A DNA stretch of 26,565 nt from Candidatus Zixiibacteriota bacterium (GTDB lineage Bacteria; Zixibacteria; MSB-5A5; GN15; FEB-12). The translations under genes were made by a program, and so were the position numbers. Shown here one piece after another: positions 25,201-26,565 of this stretch. Below the pieces are notes generated by a model. That model was not told the DNA's origin, did no database searches, and was given only the letters and a program-made list of their open reading frames with translations. Within the stretch, counting starts at the first letter, position 1; the number at the start of each line of letters is the position of its first letter. Location of the stretch: the NCBI GenBank assembly GCA_029932795.1, contig JAOZPL010000001.1, positions 1 through 26,565 on the forward strand. Reading direction: 5' to 3'.

Positions 25201-26565
25201 AAACGTCAGTGCCTGGATTGAAGTTAGTATCTGCTGACAGGTAAATGTAATCATACCAGTCGGCCGGCGCCTCGACCGTGTCGCTGTTGTTCCGCACAGT
25301 CCAGCTTATCTCGATCGATTCGCTGGGAGACGCCGATTCCGGGGCTATTACCGCCGTCACTTCGAGGTCGGGAACAGAAACGGTGATTGGGCCACCTGCC
25401 TTAAAGTTGTTGGTTTCGTCGGACTCACCCTGCTGGTTGAACTCATCAGTAACAACAATGATATGATATGTCCCGGCGGCGACGGCAGGAAGGCGCACAC
25501 CACGGATGCTTGAGTAGAAATCGTCTGAAGTCAGGGGGACACAGTCCGAGGCGCTGAAATAATCGATTCTGGTGTCTACAGAGGAATCAAACTGGTCGTC
25601 GGATGAGAGGTATATTGCATCGCTCCATGGACTGAGCGCGGCAGAGTTTCCGGTATTGACTACTTTCCAGGAAACCTGAATCTGCTGGGAAGAGACTGCA
25701 GTGGTCGGGACCGTGACCCTTTCCACCTGCAGATCCGGGGCGGTCAGGGTAATTGCCGCGGCAACAACATTGTTGGTCTCATCGGTTTCACCCTGATTGC
25801 CTGAACCGTCCGCTTTGAAGATCAGGAAGGCGTTCTGCCCTTGCCAAGTGGAAGGAACCGTGATTGTTGCGGTCTCGGTGTAATCCCCGGCTGCAGCAAG
25901 AGGAGTCTTGTCCCCGACATACTCGCTGCGCAGCAGGTTGTCACCAGGATCAACTACATTGTCTTGAGAAATGTAGATATAGTCGTACCAGTCGGCGGCT
26001 GCCTCTTCAGTTCCCTGGTTGGTGACGGTCCAGGAAACGGAGACAGTTTCCCCCAGAATGGCAGTGGTAGGTGCAGTGACATTTCCCTCGGCAATCGCCA
26101 GGTCCGGTGCGGTGAGAGTGATAGGATGCGATTTTACGTTATTTTGTTCATCGGTTTCCCCCTGGTAACCCGAGCCATCCGCGACAAACAGCAAATAGCG
26201 GTCACCTGTTGCTGTCTCCGGCAGGAAGATATCATGTGCCAGTGTGTATTCATCGTTCTGATGCATCGGGCTTTGAGCGGGGGCATAAAATGAGGCTAAA
26301 AGCGTATCTTCCTCATCCAGGATCGTGTCATCAGAGACATAAACCTTGTCGTACCAATGCGTAGTAGTATCGTATTGGCCTATATTTTCGACGGTCCAGG
26401 ATACCGAAATCGTCTGGCCAAGAACCCCGGTGGCCGGGGAATCGACACCGGTAACACAAAGATCCGGCGCGTTCAGCGTGATCTGCAAGGTGGCCATGTT
26501 GTTCGTATCATCCGTCTCGGCCTGGTAATTGGAGTAGTCAGCAACGAAAAGGAGATACTTGGTCC
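1256..26565 (-). CDS. Giant multidomain extracellular/surface protein (CARDB, He_PIG, partial RHS/YD, dockerin, ZU5-like, beta-propeller and PPC domains); 5'-partial, at least 8,435 aa
   Basis: The ORF track gives 8,413 aa without a stop from 26497 to TAG at 1256-1258. The same frame stays open to the window edge and adds TKYLLFVADYSNYQAETDDTNN before the Met. That peptide is the C-terminal end of another CARDB repeat (compare RYLLFVADGSGYQGETDEQNN in repeat 1), so the true start lies outside the window. Confidence 0.97.
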   Translation of the reverse strand, partial: TKYLLFVADYSNYQAETDDTNNMATLQITLNAPDLCVTGVDSPATGVLGQTISVSWTVENIGQYDTTTHWYDKVYVSDDTILDEEDTLLASFYAPAQSPMHQNDEYTLAHDIFLPETATGDRYLLFVADGSGYQGETDEQNNVKSHPITLTAPDLAIAEGNVTAPTTAILGETVSVSWTVTNQGTEEAAADWYDYIYISQDNVVDPGDNLLRSEYVGDKTPLAAAGDYTETATITVPSTWQGQNAFLIFKADGSGNQGETDETNNVVAAAITLTAPDLQVERVTVPTTAVSSQQIQVSWKVVNTGNSAALSPWSDAIYLSSDDQFDSSVDTRIDYFSASDCVPLTSDDFYSSIRGVRLPAVAAGTYHIIVVTDEFNQQGESDETNNFKAGGPITVSVPDLEVTAVIAPESASPSESIEISWTVRNNSDTVEAPADWYDYIYLSADTNFNPGTDVFVASENVEAFTPLDAGASYTVTRNVTVPNVSVGTWYLFVMADGSQNQGESEEENNFLRSDAITIEIPDLTVTEATAPAEASVQQAIDVTWTVKNSGDGAANARWYDYIYLSYDDGLTGDDELVTSFSTADEVPLLSGESYTVTRQVTLPNCATAYNYLLVVADGGKVQGEASDDNNVGPAIPITIHEPPDLEITAVSAPVAAAVGQTVDLAWTVTNIGSSPAYADWYDRVYISDTDSLDGSEQLLLSERIDSQTPLPVDASYSASRKVRLPESGIGTRYLIFVVNGDDVQGETSTGNNTEVVSVTISNPDLQVTAATAPETASWGERAAISWTVTNQGAGAAAATWYDRVYLSSDEALDTSTDILVVSVYAGEYSPLDPATDYTIEKEVTLPAGLTGSAYFLFVTDASDNQVEAVETNNLLAREVTFNAADLQVTATTAPDSASWGELISLDWTVTNTGSGTATSNWWDMVFLSADEIYDSDDTLLASEYWKNEGGLAAGGTYSVTKPVTAVSPIPKTIGTGTKYLLFRTDAYNRQSEADNDNNITAVSIDIKAADLALNAAIPTSAAAGKGLALSWTVTNDGQGKATARWYDVVFLSSDDVLDSGDRTLKSVFHKGGLDAGASYTVDDSVTIPGGLTGTWHIIVAADYYKYQLEADEENNTFVQVMTLNAPDLNLTVTSNPSVISNGQDLVVSWTVTNEGSSTADAPWYERAILSSDEYVGNYDDIEIGRISQSDPLAAGESLDRTVSLNVPWGVVGDYKLFVQVDVWNQVAESDETDNSFEGPIEVQYAVPPADLIVDAVTVPETAQTGGSVDVAWRVTNFGTATTQCSTWYDTLYLSTDDTLDESDLNLGTFLHTGVLGSQESYGAAKTVTLPEDLLPLDVTSGTYWVLAKTDVYNNVDEPAAEGNNVGKSIGQVSVTQSEVPDLKVTELNIPAAIVVGQPAILSWTVENTGTAGAHACWTDRLYLSLDGLLDGAALIASFTNPEDLNAGNSYTRTETITIPLLADGSYKFLVVTDANTEVYERAGEENNIGVSGDVALQHPDLTVGSVTAVSTAESGTSFEVSWSVKNSGTGPTPSGWTEKIYLSTDELLDESDIILGEHAHTGTLSSGESYNGSVNVTLPNGITGTYYILVKPDAADIVVEGSGLEDDICASDPIDVTLAPYADLAVSTITTNGQDITEGVKLIIGDPADLTVSWTVSNEGNGTGPVTAWTDKIILSRDDTLGNGDDVEIGSFGNPGPVPAGESYTQTKIIQLAAATQGRFTLFVVTDADDVVYEHDDTGANSATPGYLLDITPRPYADLVVDSVDAPQTATTGTPMTLSWTVRNKGIGQTSVPEWYDYVYMSSNADGSGWKLIDRFSRVGNLGVGACYTRTVQITVPVDLDITQTTDIDQYFFVKTGGPYEFIYGDNNTTASSAVSVTYTVAPRSDLEILSIDAPDNASDGDAIDVTWKVKNNGPDTAEGPWTDAVFIAPGGDRSQAVRIGTFSISLGLGAGLSYTRTENFRLPKHITGVYEIFVRPDVEGKIIDPDLTNNDDLSDSITIQLHDRPDLQVTSMDIPETVNAGAVVDVYWVVSNLGQVKTPTGGSRWYDGVYLSLDNKLDPGDMRLGWERNGSALTVSEQYSSSGHYRIPQAAQGPMYILVKVDASDSVDEYPAEANNVLARPININVQAVPPPDLVVSDVHGPTEAFDGTQVTVYYRVTNKGAGITYPACWTDSLWLTADKTKPGGDTDFRIGSASHTGALEVGEFYEGTITGTIPEHIRGVYELMVYTDAWGQVFELTFDVNINPDDPTAVDNNNFKTADKPLTILYTPPADLEVTNIDAPETALGGEKVTISWTVVNNGSNVTDLDRWADAIYVSKDEAGQDKTLVFAVLHEGAMERGQSYTQHLDFTLPPSASGSYFIVETNVDPNIVLTDEDELLLEMAAVTDRIAEKIGDLETMTPAQVYAKIDTLSKSELRYILWGEDEVEVRKVWEGPFTENNDRAIPSTVIPVPADLQVTSVTVPETADSGEEVKISWTVTNIGDYPVYKGTERWTDYIYVSPDPTFIFSRAQYVGSVVHVRDEPMNPQDSYAASTTMNLPLGSEGRRYIYVFSDRDPAAEAWCGRIDGISESEFPGWPTDFKNRVFEGDPNRKKLNNVNSAAMQVIYREPDLKVLEGSMEIPESANSGQTIDISWTVTNAGTRATRGEFWLDRIYISQDSSIDLYDMLIGETRHHGVLDIGENYDISTTVRLPDDIEGDFHLLVYIDSPYGVHEYFRSALPYPETSGYHRIQAPWPANEWTLMGQVKEFQDEANNIIDHSISVTLVDSPDLQVKSVSFTGNEDAQEGHAITGRRFDVSYTVTNASVGDVPDRQNKWSDYIFLSRDEFLDVNSDHYLGQVFHDGALASGESYSVDMTFNVPRGILGPYYVFVLTDVPNKIHPYGFVYEGANENNNAAPSSVPMIIDLAPPTDLMVEEITVPETGEVSEPITVTYTVKNVTTNNEHAKGYWADSLYISADAVWDLGDKLIGRVELEPDPDNPGKMRPIFRDLAPDESYTGSLTGILPAVLPGDYRIIVRTDIFDDINEGANDANNKLASSDTLNVSVGTLQLDVDFKDTFTVGRERLYEITVPSGETLEVSLVADDKTIANELYVRYEGLPDSIHYDAAFEGHLWSDQVARVPLTEAGTYYILVRSAGWQDAARKLDPDAEPITCGITVKARLLPFGIRDVRPETGGDSRYVTLEVLGARFSDSAIVKLIRPQIAEYEAISYEIVNATRIIATFDLTDAPHGLYDVQVTNPDGQTARMPYRYLVEEAKPLDLTVGMGGPGELEYGDVGWYGIGVYSLTNVDAPYVHFEFSVPHIFNDTDWYEYVQTKMSDDEEWYSGDEEVWPVGDRLIFRTNLAGEPEIADVPWAELDSILNLDGTLMAPGFTFDFINRGYMGLTFTADVYPEMRDILAKDPNALKDLHDPNVDPQWPYEAFAYKFAIAAAATPMTSEEYVSYQLGLAEQYRRAILDDPFAPRVLIEAAADAEQWGNLYLSGLEDSGQLRPEDVPPDIHTLPPISSLMSIVTAGLLGIDTGNEIIEEGNLVDFFALVRKWYGHDEDARVAPGTMPDAADFDMGLSHETHFESFWVQVGLGIREDKAPVEEPHLRDFFGLTGERSDAVRIVGPTGYGPQNFVPADTYLPYTIKFENPATGKEAVKQIQIMQQLDENLDVRSFTLGDITLGDIQVHLPEYRASFSGDFDFVDERGFVLRVTAGVDVVSRIAIWTFNALDPQTGELISDPDKGLLLPNTDRAQWGGVTYSIKPWPEYTEGIDLTTGTEIKASARITYDGGTPLDTNIQTATLDMIPPTTSYSVQDLGVGKTGSRSYRITFEATDDPDGSGVKDYTVYISQDGGSWWAWKRRITDTEAEYTAPVGATAEFIVLAADNAGNVEKAPEGVYLPAYNPGINLGVAPTAAQLTPEHNLTTVTPPDVPATNPLFVQAMKQIPAGVSGGSPPAFASVFDPFTMSAFATGIPQSGAGIGSLGIAFSPDGSSVYVSGGEGRNQIWRFTAAGGAADSPLAALDVPVYDMVFDQTGRLWATTGGGPLLRLDPVTGQILGRYGDGIELGIAVHPDSGLLYLATSTGVEIFDPGTEQFSSFSSTRVHSLAFSPEGTLYATSWPEDGNVLRFDKRGNAEILLIPAAPGIGIAVGQAETPLENLMFITHGDAGFLTMVDLVTLKSVKIADGGTRGGFMHIGTSGRLYVAQGGQVDVFFPITPPVVLATTPVNGMSVLPVVNHADIRFDVDMWSVSADDAQSVTNPDNYRLVNKTTDRRITISRADYDPVKRTVTLQFEPLEAALYELTILPNVRSALGLALPEAYTVDFTVMVDVTDSLKPNFSNTRFDRKSENISFDVSFTNSLDFDILPPYRLIFTGLAGTTATLKDADGTTDQGYPYCELSGADSEKLAPGESTITLTLSVHNPDHLAFDLITLVNVDVGANLPPIISSTPGENAQVDQEYFYSVSASDPEQSNISFLLVEGPRGATMDAETGALCWTPGEDSPSTVQFEVRVFDERGGFASQKWDVDVTGVNSPPVILPIPDQQITEGDLLELCVGASDPDGDQILYWAENLPPGALFDSEAKILRWQTDGRSAGHYSDVRIYAGDGISSTFRSFEITVANRNEPPFLAQPMERTIQEGQYLEIQLQARDADKDKLAFSAKGLPRSAYLNPQTGLFSWRPNYDEHGEYEIEFAVSDPWSTTQQRVTIHVLNVNGPVSFEPVDRWETYEGQSLVIHIAANDPDNPLGIGMMLDDGTVDADLLLPQLSWDYSTLPEGATFNTDTQIFRWTPAFDQAGTYNIDFTVTDDGDGTGIPTTDSVTLNIVVRDANAVPVIEPIENRSLEVHEGEENILEMTIRATDADGTIPAISASGLPSFVTFTDNGDGTATLRAAPTLTAQRGDYEIKVTASDDGNGDPRAVLTGEASFILSVVAPNARPVMERQVPRVALVGKETSFEVLVSDLDEDPLTYSATGLPSGATFDSTVIYGKALFSWTPTSEDAGKTYHITLTVTDSGNGEEVRALSDSQSFDITVRDTNSSPVLMPVGTRQVSEQDELAFTLQADDPDGDSVSYRVLGLPRGAAFDNLTGDFVWRPTYEQSGTYNLRFEATDGAGTSAEDVKIIVENTNRPPTFVPIRDMLTFEGTTIQLTVMAGDLDNDALSYSVATVLPAGAAFDPDTQIFYWTPGFDQAGTYTIRFMAQDSGGLSDYYDAKIEVLNVNQAPEIDHMSGHVLLVDQPFEMRVPGRDADTGTTLSYSAENLPAGAALDAETGVFSWTPGATQVGKHDVRFTVSDGELSCSQSVQLVVSFTPIEPSLTIELTPSFPVIAGQSVLIHPIADSVADIETLTVSVDGKPLSFDRYGRASFIPENPGHFLVTATAVDADGQTVVVHSDLKVRDAADSQAPKIKLFAPGDGAVLSSATDCIGTISDNNLDYWRLELAPLGAGQFSAIASGQGAVKKGLLAQLDPQKIKNGAYELRLTARDIGGRTSIVSRIIEMNSAAKTGEFTNSRTDLSVTLGSISLDLTRTYSSLAGEGAGIFGYGWSFLGMELSPTTNLRPTGAEERGLFSGYRQNTRLYVMLPDGSSAGFTFTPHIYEQTGVTYYSPAWTPDEGIDWQLETSGAALELARGIFYERGTGLPYNPANAMHFGEDAFMLTSPDGTAYTYGADGMLRGIRTAQANLIVTNAGIFASDGHLTFQRDEAGRITVITAPDGGQIRYSYDSGGALISVNDLGNGHRTWYGYDNSGMHLLTAVVDPDGPSSLRINYSGTGELVGTDSIDLVIGSTRDAIAGAQNGEITAGQSRRFAFLLTDDELNAASSGFVTLGVLVTGSGGFSPALPVIDGAAAQQQALETDRSFAMFTLAAAGLHIIEVSGVDETTSGEYELELFIAGDVNGDGLVDGTDTTLFETAFGSSSGDASYETGADVNRDGTINDTDRYYLETNFCFTANRPPQLSPGSATTYPEIPISIDLAELATDPDGSFLYFVISNVSGGTVHLAGDGHTVSFTPQAGYTGDAGFEFLADDGTSRSDFAKFTVTISDAFLVGLKLRESEAVLNLDAGESSRLILYGAFSDGGVMPLPVGYALWHSQNDTVAVVDATGNVWARAEGSTAIVVSKEGTSFHTAAAVRVGDLEQPADYDIYPDRYVMEPGSTRQVIFGVVDEAGNRIDMATASAGTTYTSSDDAIATVTADGLITAVGEAGQATTIIVINGAIRQELSISIEAAALSGDTVGDQGGIIKNGDEIHVYIPPETLTGQQVTIETIDQSSLPYNSPGGFQFVQAFELDLQNADLSNPLGMAVPAPDGATQGDVLFVFRAGKLITGPGQSVDRWELVDRAEVDASGLAHTGSPPYGGGQSEGTYLFCMDKDHANMKVVSIYPDMIVEVMAGGQSYLVYPNAVFDNIFPVPLTTTKIRVWRLAEDGTATMAALPVPSLNKGDIFEVNVDVDDPEPQDYSPVIERASLQVGESPTITIQGMHFGDDPSLLHVNLYPRRDLVCLQDCFLRPGDRYIVDDVQLKDNTIQVSVPESLPLGKIWVKVELLVQRYEFSPGKDPRTINKWISSYAVSPDIEVPSFIWVANIHSNTVSVIDPAAKDRPQVIKTIPVGKGPSDLVVSPDGLRVFVSNSGEGTISVIDALGLREIDTIPDDPARPSTQGMNRIKLGNAQAQPWFMAVDQDTGICYITDRAGPWVYMVETKDDNFSYLGSVDVTGKPYENTITGLTGIAITKADETTKLRWLAVASPGAKSHWYGGDFGFSSDKPGYLYYGRILGPASMKFDRIDAGFKPYGVTAGNDPDQVAVAVRGHDGKGMLVVDLCSGRESHHVAMDFERAKEIRKLVNRGVETLETSMTHQLVNTFYPIWMTGLELKIRETWNAKNYFDINNIESIAFTKDYKYAFVVGNCTFNGDTDFSRDPYLDHGGNIGIIRDPLEPRKAKLIGATREFPRSWPDEITVDPLNMYIMASFKGLNQVVYYNIDDLVKAAEAMQTYYVSKGQKIDRSVDRFANENGISLEKGIIEAGTHPSGIAASPDAPTDFIARSVTYLEKGNKMFSYPMIHLTYMVTGKFPDQPLNLELWKADGPDLDAALFKESLHTWTLRGDKLGPGKHTVDLPFMEGLPAREQTWYIVKLDPDNQFEEYTESNNTTFFQIRTALLTAKYDADPLDFEFGRYIRGVKLDNVFELRLRDEIVTNTTEVKAWLGNAEIKAEKVAAQNNLYRFTLDMGTIPDGTELTYKVSNHSEVVAQATYIIHTFKMPDWINPEKHQGNPDEERRITWNDKMNAYWVEAINIMRKWHEKIPASVLFLAGKDNGIKLGMHLHFAFNLENEVIYQDAGPTLRLELFGFNVFQLNIPAQALLNAMGVTKYEINVSSIANFYSEVREFAGSNPGLSGIWKFLQSDENKDYSWSKPGTTGWEPDDEPSYTFSITSQPFIIDKDLNLRQGEMSVGLTTTYPQKWNYFYNLPPFGAVVQFAAGVELGYQLKTETTTGMKVNNNALQTMFKEFKLTIEGTVGVVGKANLAFGVAGVIGTAEAALGIAVTWPYMTSPLNPQIQFPMNISLKLQSYELWEFFKQDVWEQVVFKTDNVFTGPYDVWPPKIPPNRGTMAIPDQYDDGTDNNSLVTATDLGVVAGTSTVESMTLTDINDRDYYRFRTIESAGESDKIEVLFDVTNPDVEARLIDVSGSTLRELVFADQSTGEIDLGGLPAGEYVLVVEGNEELGVGYTVSLTAPQSSKAALVASIDSDSGLAAILPGQVVDLTLTVTNAGNTASPEAESALVWSRDDKLDPGDGTLFAFMVPALESGETWSETFSIALPETVVGPVYFGFIADRRENVSEAIRSDNEALYPIEIVLPPDRCESNQNIYEAFDLGGMVDDIELPALNLASMRDADVFAFQLGETGTAEDAVQLKRADEAGSINLYLLDNEGWIVQEADVDPTAGLATLELEGVGPGQYYLQVIPQDEACFEYSLVLTSAKREKANLAVEDIRLAPECDLLPGTDNSHAYVTVSNYGADYARSFGLELHAVSAGTDYNLGAVTVGVLAPGEKLIIDVPISVPDFTPDTEVIVRAVVDPASEVDELNETDNVGEIQALVAGTPDSLETQELANNWFIDLGVVRGTYSVDRNLHSVYDQDMMVFRMSGDGTTGDQIEVTFDDSKGDLMLGLYDRYMNSVANGEKVADGDYQISLDGVSGGQYYLVVGSLGGHYDYTLSITAPDAAGPNLGVESMQIDESQVADGNIDVTTKIANFGDKASEAFTVEYYISTGSTIDPVSDTLLKSVNMSALDAGADVTHTEALDLAAIGPGSYYLGVMVKPPAETTEPVEGDNTARSGMVVLPQPDSLEENDSRDTASDVTLTAGHAELSGLTIHNSSDVDWFCFDLPVSGGTQDMVQLTYQSSEPDLMLTLMDEHGRELRAAAGNAGLASLSLNNLVAGTYFIKIGGAGFVNFSTGYTLTLDAAG
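1259..3811 (-). repeat. C-terminal alternating (PPC-CARDB)x3-PPC tail
   Basis: PPC-like units start PDQYD (3811), PDRCE (3073), PDSLE (2347) and PDSLEE (1624). Each has D-x-D-x-[YFM]-x-F...D/N-[LV]-x-L...G-x-Y-x-L/I-x-V...Y-x-L-x-L. CARDB units between them end in SEAIRSDN, VDELNETDN and TEPVEGDN. Confidence 0.85.
5537..6900 (-). other. YVTN-type beta-propeller with insertions
   Basis: WVANIHSNTVSVID...IKTIPVGKGPSDLVVSPDGLRVFVSNSGEGTISVID is a canonical YVTN repeat. It closes with IEAGTHPSGIAASP. Confidence 0.8.
6915..7260 (-). other. IPT/TIG-like domain
   Basis: PVIERASL...ITIQGMHFG...NTIQVSVPESLPLG-x-IWVKV. Confidence 0.55.
7532..7925 (-). other. ZU5-like domain
   Basis: VGDQGGIIKNGDEIHVYIPPETL...VTIE...LSNPLGMAVPAP resembles the ZU5 N-terminal GG-x-x-x-x-x-x-x-x-x-IP-x-x-AL pattern. 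Confidence 0.55.
7955..8775 (-). other. Big_9 (cadherin-like) domain followed by two Big_2 domains
   Basis: NRPPQL...ATDPDG...VSFTPQAGYTGDAGFEFLADDG; then WHSQNDTVAVVDATGNVWARAEGSTAIVV and YTSSDDAIATVTADGLITAVG. Confidence 0.8.
8786..8947 (-). other. Type I dockerin-like domain
   Basis: Two duplicated Ca-binding loops, GDVNGDGLVDGTD and ADVNRDGTINDTD, each followed by a short helix. Confidence 0.85.
9344..10114 (-). other. RHS entry module (DUF6531-like, FGYGW) with a short YD-repeat stretch and no RHS core
   Basis: TDLSVTLGSISLDLTRTYSS...GIFGYGWSF (FGYGW at 9989-10003), VMLPDG, then LTSPDGTAYTYGADGML, RDEAGRITVITAPDGGQIRYSYDSGGALISV, TWYGYDNSGMHLLTAVVDPDG. Confidence 0.8.
10700..13291 (-). 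repeat. Nine He_PIG (putative Ig / dystroglycan cadherin-like) repeats
   Basis: Units begin NLPP, NSPP, NEPP, NGPV, NAVP, NARP, NSSP, NRPP and NQAP. Each has A-x-D-x-D-x-D...LP-x-GA-x-FD...F-x-W-x-P...G-x-Y...V-x-D. Confidence 0.9.
13630..13965 (-). other. Big_5 / SbsA-type Ig-like domain
   Basis: PPVVLATTPVNG...IRFDVDM...SVTNPDNYRL...VTLQFEPLEAALYELTILPNVRSALGLAL...YTVDFT. Confidence 0.7.
13967..14670 (-). other. Six-bladed NHL/SMP-30-like beta-propeller
   Basis: Six blade motifs: GIAFSPDGSSVYVS, DMVFDQTGRLWAT, GIAVHPDSGLLYLA, SLAFSPEGTLYAT, GIAVGQAE..LMFIT, FMHIGTSGRLYVA. Confidence 0.75.
14930..15199 (-). other. FN3/Ig-like domain
   Basis: DMIPPTTS...ITFEATDDPDGSGVKDYTVYISQDGG...EFIVLAADNAGNVE. 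Confidence 0.6.
15200..15750 (-). other. DUF7619-like domain
   Basis: IVGPTGYG...LPYTIKFENP...IQIMQQLDENLDVRSFTLG...VTYSIKP...TGTEIKASARITYD resembles the YTI-x-F-x-N...LD-x-x-LD family. Confidence 0.55.
16810..17090 (-). other. IPT/TIG-like Ig domain
   Basis: IRDVRPETGG...VTLEVLGARF...GLYDVQVTNPDGQTA is a typical IPT-type pattern. Confidence 0.65.
17160..17430 (-). other. PPC (bacterial pre-peptidase C-terminal)-like domain
   Basis: RLYEITVPSGETLEVSL...NELYVRYEGLP...EAGTYYILVRS matches the PPC pattern. Confidence 0.7.
17432..26565 (-). repeat. Tandem CARDB (Ig-like) array: 23 complete repeats plus one partial repeat at the window edge
   Basis: The motif [AP]DL-x-V...P...G...V-x-WTV-x-N-x-G...W-x-D-x-x-YLS-x-D...L...G-x-SY...LP...G-x-Y...D...E-x-x-E-x-NN recurs about every 115-180 aa. 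Counted by hand from APDLCV (26470) to NNKLASSDTLNVSV (17432). Confidence 0.92.

Noticed and set aside
26495-26497. ATG at 26497 as the start codon of the giant gene
   Set aside because: The frame is open to the window edge and the upstream codons encode the end of a CARDB repeat. No signal peptide follows this Met.
1-26565. CRISPR arrays, tRNA/rRNA genes, transposases, inteins, frameshifts
   Set aside because: I saw no regularly spaced identical DNA repeats, RNA-gene signatures, transposase or Hint motifs. The long frame is intact.

Overview
Almost the whole window is minus-strand coding sequence from two genes, both cut by the window edges. (1) A giant uninterrupted CDS runs from beyond base 26565 to a TAG at 1256-1258, giving at least 8,435 aa in view. 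The ATG at 26497 is an internal Met, not the start. It encodes an acidic, multidomain extracellular/surface protein. From N to C: 23 complete CARDB repeats (plus a partial one), a PPC domain, an IPT/Ig domain, an uncharacterised beta+alpha region, a DUF7619-like domain, an FN3/Ig domain, a six-bladed NHL-like propeller, a Big_5-like Ig domain, 9 He_PIG/cadherin-like repeats, an RHS entry module with only a few YD repeats and no RHS core, a dockerin, Big_9, 2x Big_2, a ZU5-like domain, IPT, a YVTN-type propeller, a CARDB-like domain, an unassigned beta-rich/Gly-rich region, and a (PPC-CARDB)3-PPC tail. (2) After a 223-bp spacer containing a 10-bp-stem hairpin and degenerate REP-like sequence, a second minus-strand CDS starts at 1032 and runs off the left edge. 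It is absent from the ORF track. It encodes a signal peptide, an unassigned N-terminal domain, a Big_9-type Ig domain and the start of a PKD-like domain. I saw no RNA genes, CRISPR arrays or mobile-element genes. All domain calls come from reading motifs by eye, not from database searches, and domain boundaries are approximate.
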